NCBI GenBank assembly: GCA_032250805.1
Contig: JAVVEM010000004.1
Coordinates: 41,809 to 105,808 of the forward strand
DNA from: Bacteroidales bacterium
GTDB taxonomy: Bacteria; Bacteroidota; Bacteroidia; Bacteroidales; B18-G4
DNA length: 64,000 nucleotides
Direction: 5' to 3'
This document shows positions 9,651 to 19,668 of this stretch, piece after piece (the stretch's first letter is position 1; every line of letters begins with the position of its first letter). The translations under genes were made by a program, and so were the position numbers. The notes beneath the pieces are model-generated. The model saw nothing but the letters and a program-made list of their open reading frames with translations, ran no database searches and was not told the origin of the DNA.

Positions 9651-9762
9651 CGCATGGAGATTTGATCACAGATGCGAAAGTAATAAAAATATGTACACAT
9701 ATTCATATGTATAATGCAGGGATGATGAGGACCCGAACACTATCTTCTGTTTTGCAGACAGG

Positions 9763-11820
9763 TTATTCTCCGTATAATTCGTAGAATTTTTCTTTCCCTT
9801 CGTCGAGGAATTTTACAAAAGCATCTACATTGAGGTTATAGGCCCTTGGCTTGGCAAGTATCTCACCATTATGTCCAAGCAGCACATAATATGGTTGGGC
9901 ATTGATGTTAAAGTTGTGAATCTGCAGGTCGGCATAGATCTTTCCGATGGTTTTTTTGAGTTTGCCGTCGTAACTGGAAAGCACCCAGTCTTTCTCAGGC
10001 AGAACAGTTTTATCATCAACATAAAGCGCAACAACCACATAGTCGTCCTGCAGTCGCTTTAATACTTTGGGATCCGACCATACATTGGCCTCCATTTCCC
10101 GGCAATTCACACATCCGTGACCGGTAAAATCGATGAATATTGGTTTATTCAGGCTTTTGGCACAGGCGAGTGCCTGCTCATAGTCGAAATAGCCATCGAG
10201 TCCGTGAGGCATATGCAGGAATTCATGGTATTTGGCCGTTTCGCATTTAGTAGGGCTGGCATCGCCGGGGATCACCAATTTCACGTTTTCCCTTACAATG
10301 GCATTGATGTCGAAATCGTGTGTTTGTGCCGGAGGCAGATAGCCTGATAAAAACTTCAGTGGTGCACCAAACATTCCGGGAATAAGGTACATCACAAATG
10401 AAAAGGTGATGATCACAAAAGTAAGCCTGGGTACACTAATAAACTTTACATCGCTGTCGTGAGCAAATTTTATCTTTCCGAGGAGATAGAACCCCATGAG
10501 TACAAATATCACGATCCATATGGCCAGATATACTTCCCTGTCGAGAAGTCCCCAGTGGTAGGTCTGGTCGGCAATACTAAGAAACTTCAGACCCAGAGCA
10601 AGTTCAAGAAAGCCAAGCACAACTTTCACAGAGTTAAGCCAGCCTCCGGATTTTGGCATTTTGTTAAGCCAGCTGGGGAAGAAAGCAAATATGGTAAACG
10701 GCAATGCGAATGCGAGGGAGAATCCAAGCATTCCGATAATCGGTTCCAGCCATGCTCCCGTTGCCGACTGTACAAGCACAGTACCAACCAGCGGACCTGT
10801 ACATGAAAAAGATACAAGCACCAGGGTAAAGGCCATAAAAAATGGCCCTGAAATTCCTCCCCTTTCTGCCCGTTGATCGGATTTATTGATCATCCAGCTG
10901 GGCAATGTTATCTCAAACATTCCGAAAAAGGAAGCTGCAAAGATCACAAATATCAGAAAGAACAAAATATTAGGCAGCCAGTGTGTCGACAGCCAGTTGG
11001 CAAAGTTAACACCCAAAGTGAGGGCGATCACTGTACCGATAACGGTATAAATAAAGATGATGGAAAGTCCGAAAATAATGGCCTGGAACTTCCCTTTGGC
11101 CTTGTTTTCACCATCATGCATAAAAAAGCTTACCGTCATGGGGATCATCGGGAACACACAAGGTGTAAGAATGGCCGCCAGTCCGGCTATAAAAGCAAAG
11201 AGGAAAAGTTCCAGTATCGAAGAATATTCCAATTCTTCAATTTTCATCTTATCGAGGACACTTTTATCCGGGATGACCTCTGTGGTTGGTCTGTATTCAC
11301 CCGTACTCAAGGCATCTTCAGCTGTTTCGGTTGTTGCAACGGCCCCATTGAAAGCAAAACTAAATTCAACGTCTTCGGGGGGAAGGCAGCGTTTATCGTC
11401 GCAGCACATGTAATTCAGAACCCCTTTAACGACAACAGGTTCATCGGTAAGCAATTTTATTTTTTGCCGGAAGAAAGCCTCATCCGAAAAATATTTTAAA
11501 ACCATATCGAAGTTTGGATCGAACTCTTCAACGGATTCCGACTCTGCAACTTCACCAACAAGTTCATACAGGGCGGTATCGCCTTCAAAATAAAAGGTTG
11601 TTGCCGGTGGCGCCATGGGAATATCCTGTGAGTAGAGGTGCCAGTTTTGTTCAATATCGGCTTTGAAAATAAGTAAGGCTTCATTTTCGCCTGTTTTCTC
11701 ACTCGAAAAACTCCATTTAACCGGTTCCAGAATTTGCGACGAGGCCGCAAAAGTAATTAAGATGGCAAGTGAAAATGTAATAAGAAATTTTATTCTGTGG
11801 GAGAAACTCTTAATTTCCAT
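9763..11820 (-). CDS. dsbD: DsbD-family thiol:disulfide interchange protein / protein-disulfide reductase
   Basis: N-terminal periplasmic domain, then a polytopic core with conserved Cys (LTPCVFPMIP, SFSCTGPLVG), then a C-terminal thioredoxin domain with GHGCVNCREME. Confidence 0.85.
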   Translation of the reverse strand: MEIKSFSHRIKFLITFSLAILITFAASSQILEPVKWSFSSEKTGENEALLIFKADIEQNWHLYSQDIPMAPPATTFYFEGDTALYELVGEVAESESVEEFDPNFDMVLKYFSDEAFFRQKIKLLTDEPVVVKGVLNYMCCDDKRCLPPEDVEFSFAFNGAVATTETAEDALSTGEYRPTTEVIPDKSVLDKMKIEELEYSSILELFLFAFIAGLAAILTPCVFPMIPMTVSFFMHDGENKAKGKFQAIIFGLSIIFIYTVIGTVIALTLGVNFANWLSTHWLPNILFFLIFVIFAASFFGMFEITLPSWMINKSDQRAERGGISGPFFMAFTLVLVSFSCTGPLVGTVLVQSATGAWLEPIIGMLGFSLAFALPFTIFAFFPSWLNKMPKSGGWLNSVKVVLGFLELALGLKFLSIADQTYHWGLLDREVYLAIWIVIFVLMGFYLLGKIKFAHDSDVKFISVPRLTFVIITFSFVMYLIPGMFGAPLKFLSGYLPPAQTHDFDINAIVRENVKLVIPGDASPTKCETAKYHEFLHMPHGLDGYFDYEQALACAKSLNKPIFIDFTGHGCVNCREMEANVWSDPKVLKRLQDDYVVVALYVDDKTVLPEKDWVLSSYDGKLKKTIGKIYADLQIHNFNINAQPYYVLLGHNGEILAKPRAYNLNVDAFVKFLDEGKEKFYELYGE

Positions 11821-11842
11821 AATTACTTTAAATTTAAATGTG

Positions 11843-11850
11843 CAAAAATA
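11843..11850 (-). promoter_or_regulatory. -7 box candidate for dsbD
   Basis: The minus strand reads TATTTTTGCA, 22 nt before ATG 11820. Confidence 0.5.
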
Positions 11851-11937
11851 ATATAAATATAGATAGCTAGATTACTACAGTGAGATAATTTGGGAAAGTA
11901 ATTTTTAAAAAATGTTAAATCAACAAAGATTTGGAAG

Positions 11938-13266
11938 TCATTGTAGAATGGAAATCCTGTATACCTTATTTGTTTCGGTTGATATTTTATAGCGTTCGTC
12001 GATCCGCTCACCCACAATCCAAACGATATCGCTGCCCGAACAAAGCACCCATGCATTCTCTTTTTCAATGCGCGAATATTTTTCATCAGTGAACAGGTCG
12101 CTCAGCTTTTTCCGGTGTTTCATTCCGAGCGGCATAAACTGATCGCCTTGCTCCCATCTGCGCAACCTAAGCGGAAAAACCAGTTTAGTATGATCAAGCG
12201 AAGCCGTATCCTTATCAGTTGGAATGTCGTAACCATCGGCAGGCAAAATACTTAATTCGAGCCGGAAGGGGCCGGAAAATACCCTTTCTGATTCATCAAT
12301 ATAATAATGGGCTTTATTTGTATTTCCCTCGTTTTTCGGAGTGATCAGGATCTTTTTACGGTCGATGAGCAACTGGTGGCCGGAGCTGATGAAGGTTTTC
12401 CCGGGAGAAGCATCAAGGGCGCTGATGATATTGTCGAGATCGTTTTCCTTAAAGCCATAATCCCTGATCAGTTCAAAAAGAATGGTGCGAACAGGGCGGG
12501 CAGACTTCAGTTTTGCAATATCCAGTTGGATCAGGCCATCCTTTTCAACAATAATTTCCTCCTTTATGCGATCAATTTCCCGCCTGAATATTTCTTCAAC
12601 ATCTGCCAGCCGTGAAATATTTCCGGCCATTTCCTTCTGAAAGTCAGGATTTATCTCCATAAGTGCGGGAATGACCTGATGCCTGATCTTATTGCGCATG
12701 TATTTGGTTTCAGCATTTGTATGGTCGACGCGGAAGGGAATATTTTTCTTTTTTACAAAGGATTCGATCTCCTTACGCGTGGCAAACATCAAAGGCCTGA
12801 CAATTTTGCCCTGCCTGAGCCTGATCCCGTGCAGGCCGGCTATTCCGCATCCTCTCAGCAAATTAAGAAAGAATGTTTCTGTCTGGTCATCAAGGTGATG
12901 GGCTGTTGCAATACGGTCATATCCATGTATCCGGGCCAATTCATCAAACCAGGCATAGCGCAGGTCTCTGGCTGCCATTTGTACAGAGATATTTTGTTCA
13001 CGGGCATAGGTCCCGGTATCGAACGAACGGGAGTAGAACGGCACCTGATAGTGATCAGCAGTTTGTTTTACAAATGCCTCATCAGCATCGGCCTCTTTAC
13101 CCCTGAGCTTAAAATTACAGTGGGCAATGGCAAAATCAAAGCCTGCGAGTGAACAAAGGGCGGCCAGGGCCATAGAATCCATTCCGCCACTCACAGTCAG
13201 GAGTATGCTGTCTGATACAGTGAAGAGATCATTCTCCCTGACAAAGGATTTAAACTTTTCGATCAC
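11938..13266 (-). CDS. tilS: tRNA(Ile)-lysidine synthetase
   Basis: PP-loop SGGMDS, then HHLDDQTETFFLNL. 442 aa. The start codon is GTG (reverse complement of 13264..13266). Confidence 0.88.
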   Translation of the reverse strand: MIEKFKSFVRENDLFTVSDSILLTVSGGMDSMALAALCSLAGFDFAIAHCNFKLRGKEADADEAFVKQTADHYQVPFYSRSFDTGTYAREQNISVQMAARDLRYAWFDELARIHGYDRIATAHHLDDQTETFFLNLLRGCGIAGLHGIRLRQGKIVRPLMFATRKEIESFVKKKNIPFRVDHTNAETKYMRNKIRHQVIPALMEINPDFQKEMAGNISRLADVEEIFRREIDRIKEEIIVEKDGLIQLDIAKLKSARPVRTILFELIRDYGFKENDLDNIISALDASPGKTFISSGHQLLIDRKKILITPKNEGNTNKAHYYIDESERVFSGPFRLELSILPADGYDIPTDKDTASLDHTKLVFPLRLRRWEQGDQFMPLGMKHRKKLSDLFTDEKYSRIEKENAWVLCSGSDIVWIVGERIDERYKISTETNKVYRISILQ

Positions 13267-13270
13267 AAAA

Positions 13271-13278
13271 CAAAGTTA
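13271..13278 (-). promoter_or_regulatory. -7 box-like motif abutting the tilS GTG start
   Basis: The minus strand reads TAACTTTG, only 4 nt before GTG 13266. This may be a chance match if tilS is read through from korAB. Confidence 0.3.
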
Positions 13279-13340
13279 GTGGATATGATCCATATTCGCA
13301 ATCACCGGTAAAAGATGAAATATTTTCAAGAAGGATGTGA

Positions 13341-14372
13341 TCAATCAACGATGAATGACTTCTCATTGATCAGTTCCTGCACCGACTTCATTGTAGCATT
13401 TTCTTTAGCCCGTTCAACCTGAAATTCAAGTTCTGCCTCATAGGTATTATAACATTCACACGCGCGTATCACCCCGGTAGCAATGGGATATTCGGACAGG
13501 GTCATCCTTACCAGCATATAATGCGTTGTATCGTCAGGGTTGTGGGCATCGTGAATCAGGATATCCTTTTCGGTGATGCCATTTTCTCCAATGGTAACTA
13601 CTTCCAACCTTGACCCGCGAAGCACGAGTCCTTTATTCATTTCTTTTCCGAACAACATGGGTTTACCGTGCTCAAGATGTATCTGATGGTCATCCCTGAC
13701 ATCTTTTCCGGTAATTGCTGAGTGTATCCTGTTATTGAAGATCACACAATTCTGCAGTACTTCAACAACGGATGTTCCCTTGTGTTTAGTTGCTTCGAGG
13801 AATACTTCCTTCATTCTTTTGGGCTCTGTATCAACAACACGCGCAAAGAAAGTCCCCTGTGCGCCCATAGTTAGTTCACCGGGCCGAAAAGGGTTTTCGA
13901 TCGTACCATCGGGCGAGGTTTTGGTGATGCTTCCTCGTGGTGTGGTAGGAGAATACTGGCCTTTGGTAAGTCCATATATCTTGTTGTTGAAGATCACAAC
14001 TTTCATATCGATGTTTCTTCTCACAAGATGGATAAAGTGGTTTCCGCCAATGGCCATGCTGTCACCATCGCCGGTGATATGCCAAACATCAAGTTTTGGA
14101 TTGGCTACCTTGATACCCGAGGCGATGGCCGCTCCGCGCCCATGTAAGCCATGGAAGCCGTATGTATTCATATAATAGGGGAACCTGGATGAGCAGCCGA
14201 TCCCCGAAACGAATACCACATCTTCCTTTCTGACTTTACTTTCAACCAGGCAACTTTGTATTGCCGAGAGTATGGCAAAGTCGCCACAACCGGCGCACCA
14301 TTTCACAACCTGGTCGCTTTTATAATCAGCCTTTGTAACCTCAATCTGTTCAATTGTTTTCTCTTCAGCCAT
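13341..14372 (-). CDS. korB: 2-oxoglutarate/2-oxoacid:ferredoxin oxidoreductase beta subunit
   Basis: WCAGCGDF cysteine motif, TPP-binding GDGD...GGNH and GSITKTSPDG. The gene lies 3 nt downstream of korA. Confidence 0.85.
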   Translation of the reverse strand: MAEEKTIEQIEVTKADYKSDQVVKWCAGCGDFAILSAIQSCLVESKVRKEDVVFVSGIGCSSRFPYYMNTYGFHGLHGRGAAIASGIKVANPKLDVWHITGDGDSMAIGGNHFIHLVRRNIDMKVVIFNNKIYGLTKGQYSPTTPRGSITKTSPDGTIENPFRPGELTMGAQGTFFARVVDTEPKRMKEVFLEATKHKGTSVVEVLQNCVIFNNRIHSAITGKDVRDDHQIHLEHGKPMLFGKEMNKGLVLRGSRLEVVTIGENGITEKDILIHDAHNPDDTTHYMLVRMTLSEYPIATGVIRACECYNTYEAELEFQVERAKENATMKSVQELINEKSFIVD

Positions 14373-14375
14373 TCT

Positions 14376-16223
14376 CTATCCCTCCAGAATTTTATTGAAT
14401 CTTTCCTTCAATTCTGAAATCATGAAAGGAAGACCCTGAATTTTATTGTGTTGCTGATAGTTATATCCGGGCAAAGTCATCCGCAAATAGTTGGCAAACT
14501 GGCCCAGATTAATTTCACAAACCACGATATGTTTAAATTTCTTAAATACCTCCTCGGTATTGGCCGGCAGGGGTTTGATATAATTGAATTGTGCAAGGCT
14601 GATCTTTTTACCTTCCTCCTGCATATCTTTAACGGCTGATATCAGGGCACCATATGTGCCTCCCCACCCGACAACGAGCAGATCACCATTATCTTCACCT
14701 GAAACTTCGAGTTCGGGAATATAGTTTACCACCCGCTGTACTTTTTCTTCCCTGGTTCGCACCATTTTTTCGTGGTTCATGGGGTTATGCGAAACATTTC
14801 CCGTAATATCTTCCTTTTCAAGTCCGCCAATACGATGCCGCATCCCTTCCTGTCCGGGTAAAGCCCAGAAGCGTGAAAGTTTCTTTTCATCCCGCCGGTA
14901 AGGCTGATAATCTGCATTATCGGGCACAAAGGGTGGCTTAATGTCGGGGAGTTCCTTAATATCGGGAATATTCCACAGTTCCGATCCATTTGCCAGGTAA
15001 CCGTCGGTAAGCAGGATCACGGGGGTCATATGTTCAAGTGCGATCTTGCTGGCCATATAAGCATAATGGAAGCAGTTTGCAGGTGTGCTGGCAGCGATTA
15101 CCACACATGGGCTTTCGCCATTACGGCCATAGAGGGCCTGCATCAGGTCGGCCTGTTCGGGTTTGGTAGGCAGGCCGGTAGCAGGGCCACCCCGCTGCAC
15201 ATTTACGATCACAATAGGTAATTCGGTAATTACAGCCAGGCCAATGCCTTCACTCTTAAGTGCCAGGCCGGGGCCGGATGTGGAAGTAACGGCAAAATCG
15301 CCGGCAAAGCTGGCTCCGATGGCAGAAGTAATCCCTGCGATCTCGTCTTCGGCCTGAAATGTTTTTACACCAAATTGCTTCATCTTTGAAAGCTCCTGAA
15401 GTATCTCCGAGGCCGGAGTAATAGGATATGATCCAAGAAAGAGTTCCATCCCGGCACGTTCTGCAGCCGCAACAAGCCCCCAGGCGGTAGCAATATTGCC
15501 TGTAATATTTCTGAAGCGCCCTTTACGGTTCTTGATGGGGTTGATCTGGTATGTTGTGCGGAGGGCTTCAACCGTTTCAGCATAATTATAACCTGCCCTC
15601 AGCACCCGCTTGTTGGCTTCGGCAAGCAAAGGTTTTTTGCTCCCGAACTTATTATCAATAAAATCCTCTCCGTATTTAAGGTCTTTATTAAATAACCAGT
15701 AAAGGATACCCAGGGCAAATTGATTCTTGGTCCGCTCGGCTGATTTGGGATCCACGGCAAGGTCTTTTACCGAAGTTTTACTCAACTGGGTGATTGGAGC
15801 TTTCACCACATTATAGCCCTTAAGTGTGCCATCACCAAGAGGATCCTCAATATAGCCAGCCTTTTTATAATATTTATTATCGAAGTTATCGATATCGATT
15901 ATGATGGTGGCTCCGGGCTTAACCCATTTCATATTGGCTTTCAGCGCCGCCGGGTTCAGTGCGACCAAAACATCAGCCAGGTCGCCAGGTGTATCGATCT
16001 CTTTATGGCCAATATGCAACTGGAAGCCCGAAACACCGGCTACAGTGCCCTGAGGGGCACGGATCTCTGATGGATAGTCGGGAAAGGTGGCCAGGTCATT
16101 ACCGGCAAAGGCAGATGTATCTGAAAACTGATTTCCGCTTAGTTGCATGCCATCACCCGAATCACCCGCAAATTTTACGACTACAGCATCAACTTCAATT
16201 ACTTTATTTACTTTTTTCGACAT
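14376..16223 (-). CDS. korA: 2-oxoglutarate/2-oxoacid:ferredoxin oxidoreductase alpha subunit
   Basis: ORF 14376..16253. The preferred start is ATG 16223 (MSKKVNK) because a -7 promoter box occupies 16251..16258. The fused gamma/alpha architecture (FAGDSGDGMQ..., GSYPITPASE) is typical of two-subunit KorAB. Confidence 0.85.
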   Translation of the reverse strand: MSKKVNKVIEVDAVVVKFAGDSGDGMQLSGNQFSDTSAFAGNDLATFPDYPSEIRAPQGTVAGVSGFQLHIGHKEIDTPGDLADVLVALNPAALKANMKWVKPGATIIIDIDNFDNKYYKKAGYIEDPLGDGTLKGYNVVKAPITQLSKTSVKDLAVDPKSAERTKNQFALGILYWLFNKDLKYGEDFIDNKFGSKKPLLAEANKRVLRAGYNYAETVEALRTTYQINPIKNRKGRFRNITGNIATAWGLVAAAERAGMELFLGSYPITPASEILQELSKMKQFGVKTFQAEDEIAGITSAIGASFAGDFAVTSTSGPGLALKSEGIGLAVITELPIVIVNVQRGGPATGLPTKPEQADLMQALYGRNGESPCVVIAASTPANCFHYAYMASKIALEHMTPVILLTDGYLANGSELWNIPDIKELPDIKPPFVPDNADYQPYRRDEKKLSRFWALPGQEGMRHRIGGLEKEDITGNVSHNPMNHEKMVRTREEKVQRVVNYIPELEVSGEDNGDLLVVGWGGTYGALISAVKDMQEEGKKISLAQFNYIKPLPANTEEVFKKFKHIVVCEINLGQFANYLRMTLPGYNYQQHNKIQGLPFMISELKERFNKILEG

Positions 16224-16250
16224 CGTTTCTGTTTGTTTAAAACATCCCTG

Positions 16251-16258
16251 CAAAGTTA
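16251..16258 (-). promoter_or_regulatory. -7 box candidate for korAB
   Basis: The minus strand reads ATAACTTTGCAGG, 27 nt before ATG 16223. Confidence 0.55.
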
Positions 16259-16422
16259 TAAGTTTTATACATTAACCATGAGCAAATCTTAACAAAATTT
16301 AAATATATGCAGCCTAATTGGAACATTATTAAAATAAGATCGATCATGAGCCCGCTATTTAGAAAAGAAATAAATTAATAAAAGGCTTTCCGAAAACATT
16401 CGTTCATAAAAAATATGTGTTT

Positions 16423-16430
16423 TATATTTG
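16423..16430 (+). promoter_or_regulatory. -7 box candidate for the ferredoxin gene
   Basis: TATATTTGCA, 37 nt before ATG 16468. Confidence 0.5.
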
Positions 16431-16467
16431 CATCGAATCTTTTTTAATTCATTAAAAAAACACAATT

Positions 16468-16635
16468 ATGGCTTACAAAATCACAGACGACTGCACAGCA
16501 TGCGGAACCTGCATTGACGAATGCCCTGTTGAAGCGATCTCAGAAGGTGATATCTATGTAATCGATCCGGATATTTGCACCGACTGCGGTTCTTGCGCAG
16601 ATGTATGCCCGGTAGATGCAATTATCCCGGACTAG
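16468..16635 (+). CDS. 2x[4Fe-4S] ferredoxin, 55 aa (absent from the ORF track because it is under 60 aa)
   Basis: My translation is MAYKITDDCTACGTCIDECPVEAISEGDIYVIDPDICTDCGSCADVCPVDAIIPD. It has two CxxCxxCxxxCP clusters, its own -7 box upstream and a strong terminator downstream. Confidence 0.9.
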   Translation: MAYKITDDCTACGTCIDECPVEAISEGDIYVIDPDICTDCGSCADVCPVDAIIPD

Positions 16636-16665
16636 TACCGATCTGTTCAGAATCTTATTATAAAG

Positions 16666-16690
16666 AAGTCCCGCCAGCGGGACTTTTTTT
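16666..16690 (+). terminator. intrinsic terminator after the ferredoxin gene
   Basis: Stem GTCCCG (16668..16673), loop CCAG, stem CGGGAC (16678..16683), then T7. Confidence 0.8.
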
Positions 16691-16758
16691 ATACCCTGTG
16701 AACACTTGTTGTGCCCTGAGTGTTATACAAATTATATTGAACCATTCTTAATTATTCA

Positions 16759-16766
16759 TAACTTTG
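16759..16766 (+). promoter_or_regulatory. -7 box candidate for sucAB
   Basis: ATAACTTTGCAGG, 22 nt before ATG 16789. The same 13-mer occurs at the korAB box. Confidence 0.55.
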
Positions 16767-16788
16767 CAGGTCTGCAGCATTACTGATC

Positions 16789-19647
16789 ATGGATATACAT
16801 TCCTTTATAAACAGCTCCGATCCGGATGCCATCGATAAGTTATACCAGGATTTTCTGGATGATCCGGCATCAGTTTCCGACGACTGGCGGCATTTCTTCG
16901 AGGGGTTTGAGTTTGCACGGCAAGACTATAAACCCAAATCAATCACCGATAAGGATTATCCTTCTGAATTCAAGGTTATAAACCTCATTAATGCTTACAG
17001 GCAGCGAGGGCATTTATTTACGAAGACCAATCCTGTGAGGACCCGGCGTAAATACACCCCGACACTGGATCATGAGAACTTCGGTTTAACGGAGAAGGAT
17101 ATGAATACAATTTACCAGGCCGGGAACGATATAGGCCTGGGCCCGGCCAGCCTTCGCGAGATCATTGCACATCTTCACAAAACCTATTGCAGCGCGATAG
17201 GAGCCGAGTTCATGTATATCAGGCATCCTGAGGTTGTAGACTGGCTGAAGCAACGGATGGAAAGCAGCCGGAACCAACCGTCATACAGCAAGGAACAGAA
17301 ACTACAGTTTCTGGAAATGATCAGCAAAGCTGTGCTTTATGAAAAATTTATCCATAAAAAATTCCCCGGACAAAAGCGCTTTTCGCTGGAAGGGGCTGAA
17401 TCGCTCATCCCTGCACTGGATGCCATTACACGCACCGGCGCTGAACTGGGCATAAAAGAATTTATTATCGGGATGCCGCACAGGGGCCGGTTAAATGTAC
17501 TTGCCAATTTTATGGATAAGCCTTATGAGAAACTTTTCCACGAATTTGAGGGTGAAGAGTATGAAGAAGAATATTTGCTTGGTGACGTGAAATACCACCT
17601 TGGATTTACCACACAAAAAAAAGTTGGCGACAAGCAGATCAAACTCACACTCTCGCCCAATCCATCTCACCTTGAAGCTGTTGACCCTGTTGTTCAGGGA
17701 ATATCCCGGGCCAGGATCGACCAGGATTACAAAGGCGACTATAAACGCCTCGCCCCTATTCTTATTCATGGCGATGCAAGCATTGCCGGGCAGGGAGTGG
17801 TATATGAGGTATTACAAATGTCGGAACTCAGCGGATACCGCACAGGGGGCACCATTCATGTTGTAATCAACAACCAGATCGGCTTTACAACCAATTACCT
17901 GGATGCCCGTTCGAGCACATATTGCACTGATGTGGCAAAGATAACGTTAAGCCCTGTTTTCCATGTGAACGGCGACGATGTGGAAGCACTGATTTATACC
18001 ATACAGCTTGCAATGGAGTTCCGGCAGAAATTCCACAAAGATGTATTCATCGACTTGCTATGTTATCGTAAATACGGCCATAACGAAGGTGACGAACCGC
18101 GTTTTACACAACCAATATTATACAAACTCATTGAAAAGCACCCGAACCCTCTTGAAATATACCGAAAACAGCTCATCTCTGAGGGAATAATCACCGAAGG
18201 TGAAAGCAGGAAAACCGAGAAAGAAATCAATGCCCTGCTGGAAGCAAATCTGGAGAAAACCAAAAGCATGGGAAAAGCCAGCATTGGTTCCTTTTTAAAA
18301 GATACCTGGAAAGATATCAGCAAGGCTGGTCCCACCGACTTTATTCAATCGCCCGAAACAGGCGTAAAAAAAGAAGACCTGTTCCGGATAGGTAAACATA
18401 TCTGTTCCATTCCTAAGGACGAAAAGCTTTTCACCAAGCTTGTCCGTTTGCAGGAAAACCGTTTAAAAATGCTTGAAGAAGGGGATAAACTTGATTGGGC
18501 AATGGGCGAATTGCTGGCCTACGGAACACTTCTTGATGAAGGTATTCCGGTAAGGTTTAGCGGACAGGACGTGGCCAGAGGTACTTTTTCGCACCGGCAT
18601 GCAGTGCTCAAGATCGAAGATTCGGAAAAAGAATATGTCCCCCTGAACAATATTAGAAAAGGTCAGTCCAAAATTGAAATCTTCAATTCGCCATTATCTG
18701 AATATGGTGTTTTGGGATTTGAATATGGTTACGCTCTGGCCTCACCACATACACTTACGATATGGGAAGCACAATTTGGCGACTTCGCCAATGGCGGGCA
18801 GATCATCATTGACCAGTTTCTTAGCAGTGCTGAAGATAAATGGAATGTGATGAACGACCTGGTGATTCTGCTTCCGCATGGCTACGAAGGTCAGGGTCCT
18901 GAGCACTCAAGTGGCCGCATGGAAAGATTTCTTAACCTTTGCGCTGAAGAAAATTTGCAGGTGGTCAATGCCAGTACTCCGGCAAACATGTTTCACGTGC
19001 TCAGACGGCAATTAAAGAGAAAAATCAGGAAGCCATTGATCATTTTTACTCCCAAGAGTCTTTTAAGGCACCCGGCATGCGTTTCGCCCATTAAGGATTT
19101 TGCTACCGGGAGTTTCATGGAATTGATCGACGATCATGAGGCCGAGGTGCAGAAAATCAAACGGGTGATCTTTTGCACCGGTAAACTTTATTATGAGCTT
19201 CTGGAAGAAAAAGAAAAGAAAAACCTTTTCGATACGGCCATCATCAGGTTAGAGCAATTGTTTCCGCTGCCATATAAAAAATTACAGGATACAATTAAAA
19301 AATATAAGCATGCCGGCGACTGGGTGTGGGTTCAGGAAGAACCTGTAAATATGGGGCCCTGGCCATTCCTTAAGCTGCACTTCGACGAACTGAGCCTGAG
19401 ACTTGTGGCACGGCCGGCAAGCGGCAGTCCGGCAACAGGCTCAAGCAAGTTTCATTCAATCAGGCAAAGAAAGATCATTGAAAAGGCGTTTGGCAAATGC
19501 GATTGCCCTATGGTAGATGAGGAATGCCGAATGATATGCATTGGTAACAGATGGCGATCGTTCGACATAGAAGCAGAAAAACTTGGTAAAGACAAGATCA
19601 ATGCCGGAACATTTTCGGCCCTCAACAAGGTAAAAAGATTAGATTAA
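16789..19647 (+). CDS. sucA: 2-oxoglutarate dehydrogenase E1 component
   Basis: 952 aa. Motifs NAYRQRGH, KRFSLEGAES, GMPHRGRLNVL, HGDASIAGQGVV and WEAQFGDFANGGQ. Confidence 0.92.
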   Translation: MDIHSFINSSDPDAIDKLYQDFLDDPASVSDDWRHFFEGFEFARQDYKPKSITDKDYPSEFKVINLINAYRQRGHLFTKTNPVRTRRKYTPTLDHENFGLTEKDMNTIYQAGNDIGLGPASLREIIAHLHKTYCSAIGAEFMYIRHPEVVDWLKQRMESSRNQPSYSKEQKLQFLEMISKAVLYEKFIHKKFPGQKRFSLEGAESLIPALDAITRTGAELGIKEFIIGMPHRGRLNVLANFMDKPYEKLFHEFEGEEYEEEYLLGDVKYHLGFTTQKKVGDKQIKLTLSPNPSHLEAVDPVVQGISRARIDQDYKGDYKRLAPILIHGDASIAGQGVVYEVLQMSELSGYRTGGTIHVVINNQIGFTTNYLDARSSTYCTDVAKITLSPVFHVNGDDVEALIYTIQLAMEFRQKFHKDVFIDLLCYRKYGHNEGDEPRFTQPILYKLIEKHPNPLEIYRKQLISEGIITEGESRKTEKEINALLEANLEKTKSMGKASIGSFLKDTWKDISKAGPTDFIQSPETGVKKEDLFRIGKHICSIPKDEKLFTKLVRLQENRLKMLEEGDKLDWAMGELLAYGTLLDEGIPVRFSGQDVARGTFSHRHAVLKIEDSEKEYVPLNNIRKGQSKIEIFNSPLSEYGVLGFEYGYALASPHTLTIWEAQFGDFANGGQIIIDQFLSSAEDKWNVMNDLVILLPHGYEGQGPEHSSGRMERFLNLCAEENLQVVNASTPANMFHVLRRQLKRKIRKPLIIFTPKSLLRHPACVSPIKDFATGSFMELIDDHEAEVQKIKRVIFCTGKLYYELLEEKEKKNLFDTAIIRLEQLFPLPYKKLQDTIKKYKHAGDWVWVQEEPVNMGPWPFLKLHFDELSLRLVARPASGSPATGSSKFHSIRQRKIIEKAFGKCDCPMVDEECRMICIGNRWRSFDIEAEKLGKDKINAGTFSALNKVKRLD

Positions 19648-19668
19648 CGCTCACAGATACAAAAACCT

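Noticed and set aside
10873-11499. 208-aa ORF antisense to dsbD. The same applies to 38752..39249, which is antisense to the DUF2723 gene.
   Set aside because: Both lie fully inside strongly supported membrane-protein genes and have no recognisable motifs. They are likely shadow ORFs.
11823-12086. 87-aa minus-strand ORF overlapping the tilS 3' end and the dsbD promoter region.
   Set aside because: It overlaps tilS out of frame and spans the AT-rich intergenic promoter. It has no motifs.
16251-16766. The shared 13-mer ATAACTTTGCAGG at the korAB and sucAB promoters as a specific common operator.
   Set aside because: Most of the 13-mer is the general -7 consensus plus the frequent GCA extension seen at many other genes in this window (6412, 11843, 53606). 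It is kept only as a remark within the KOR/OGDH finding.
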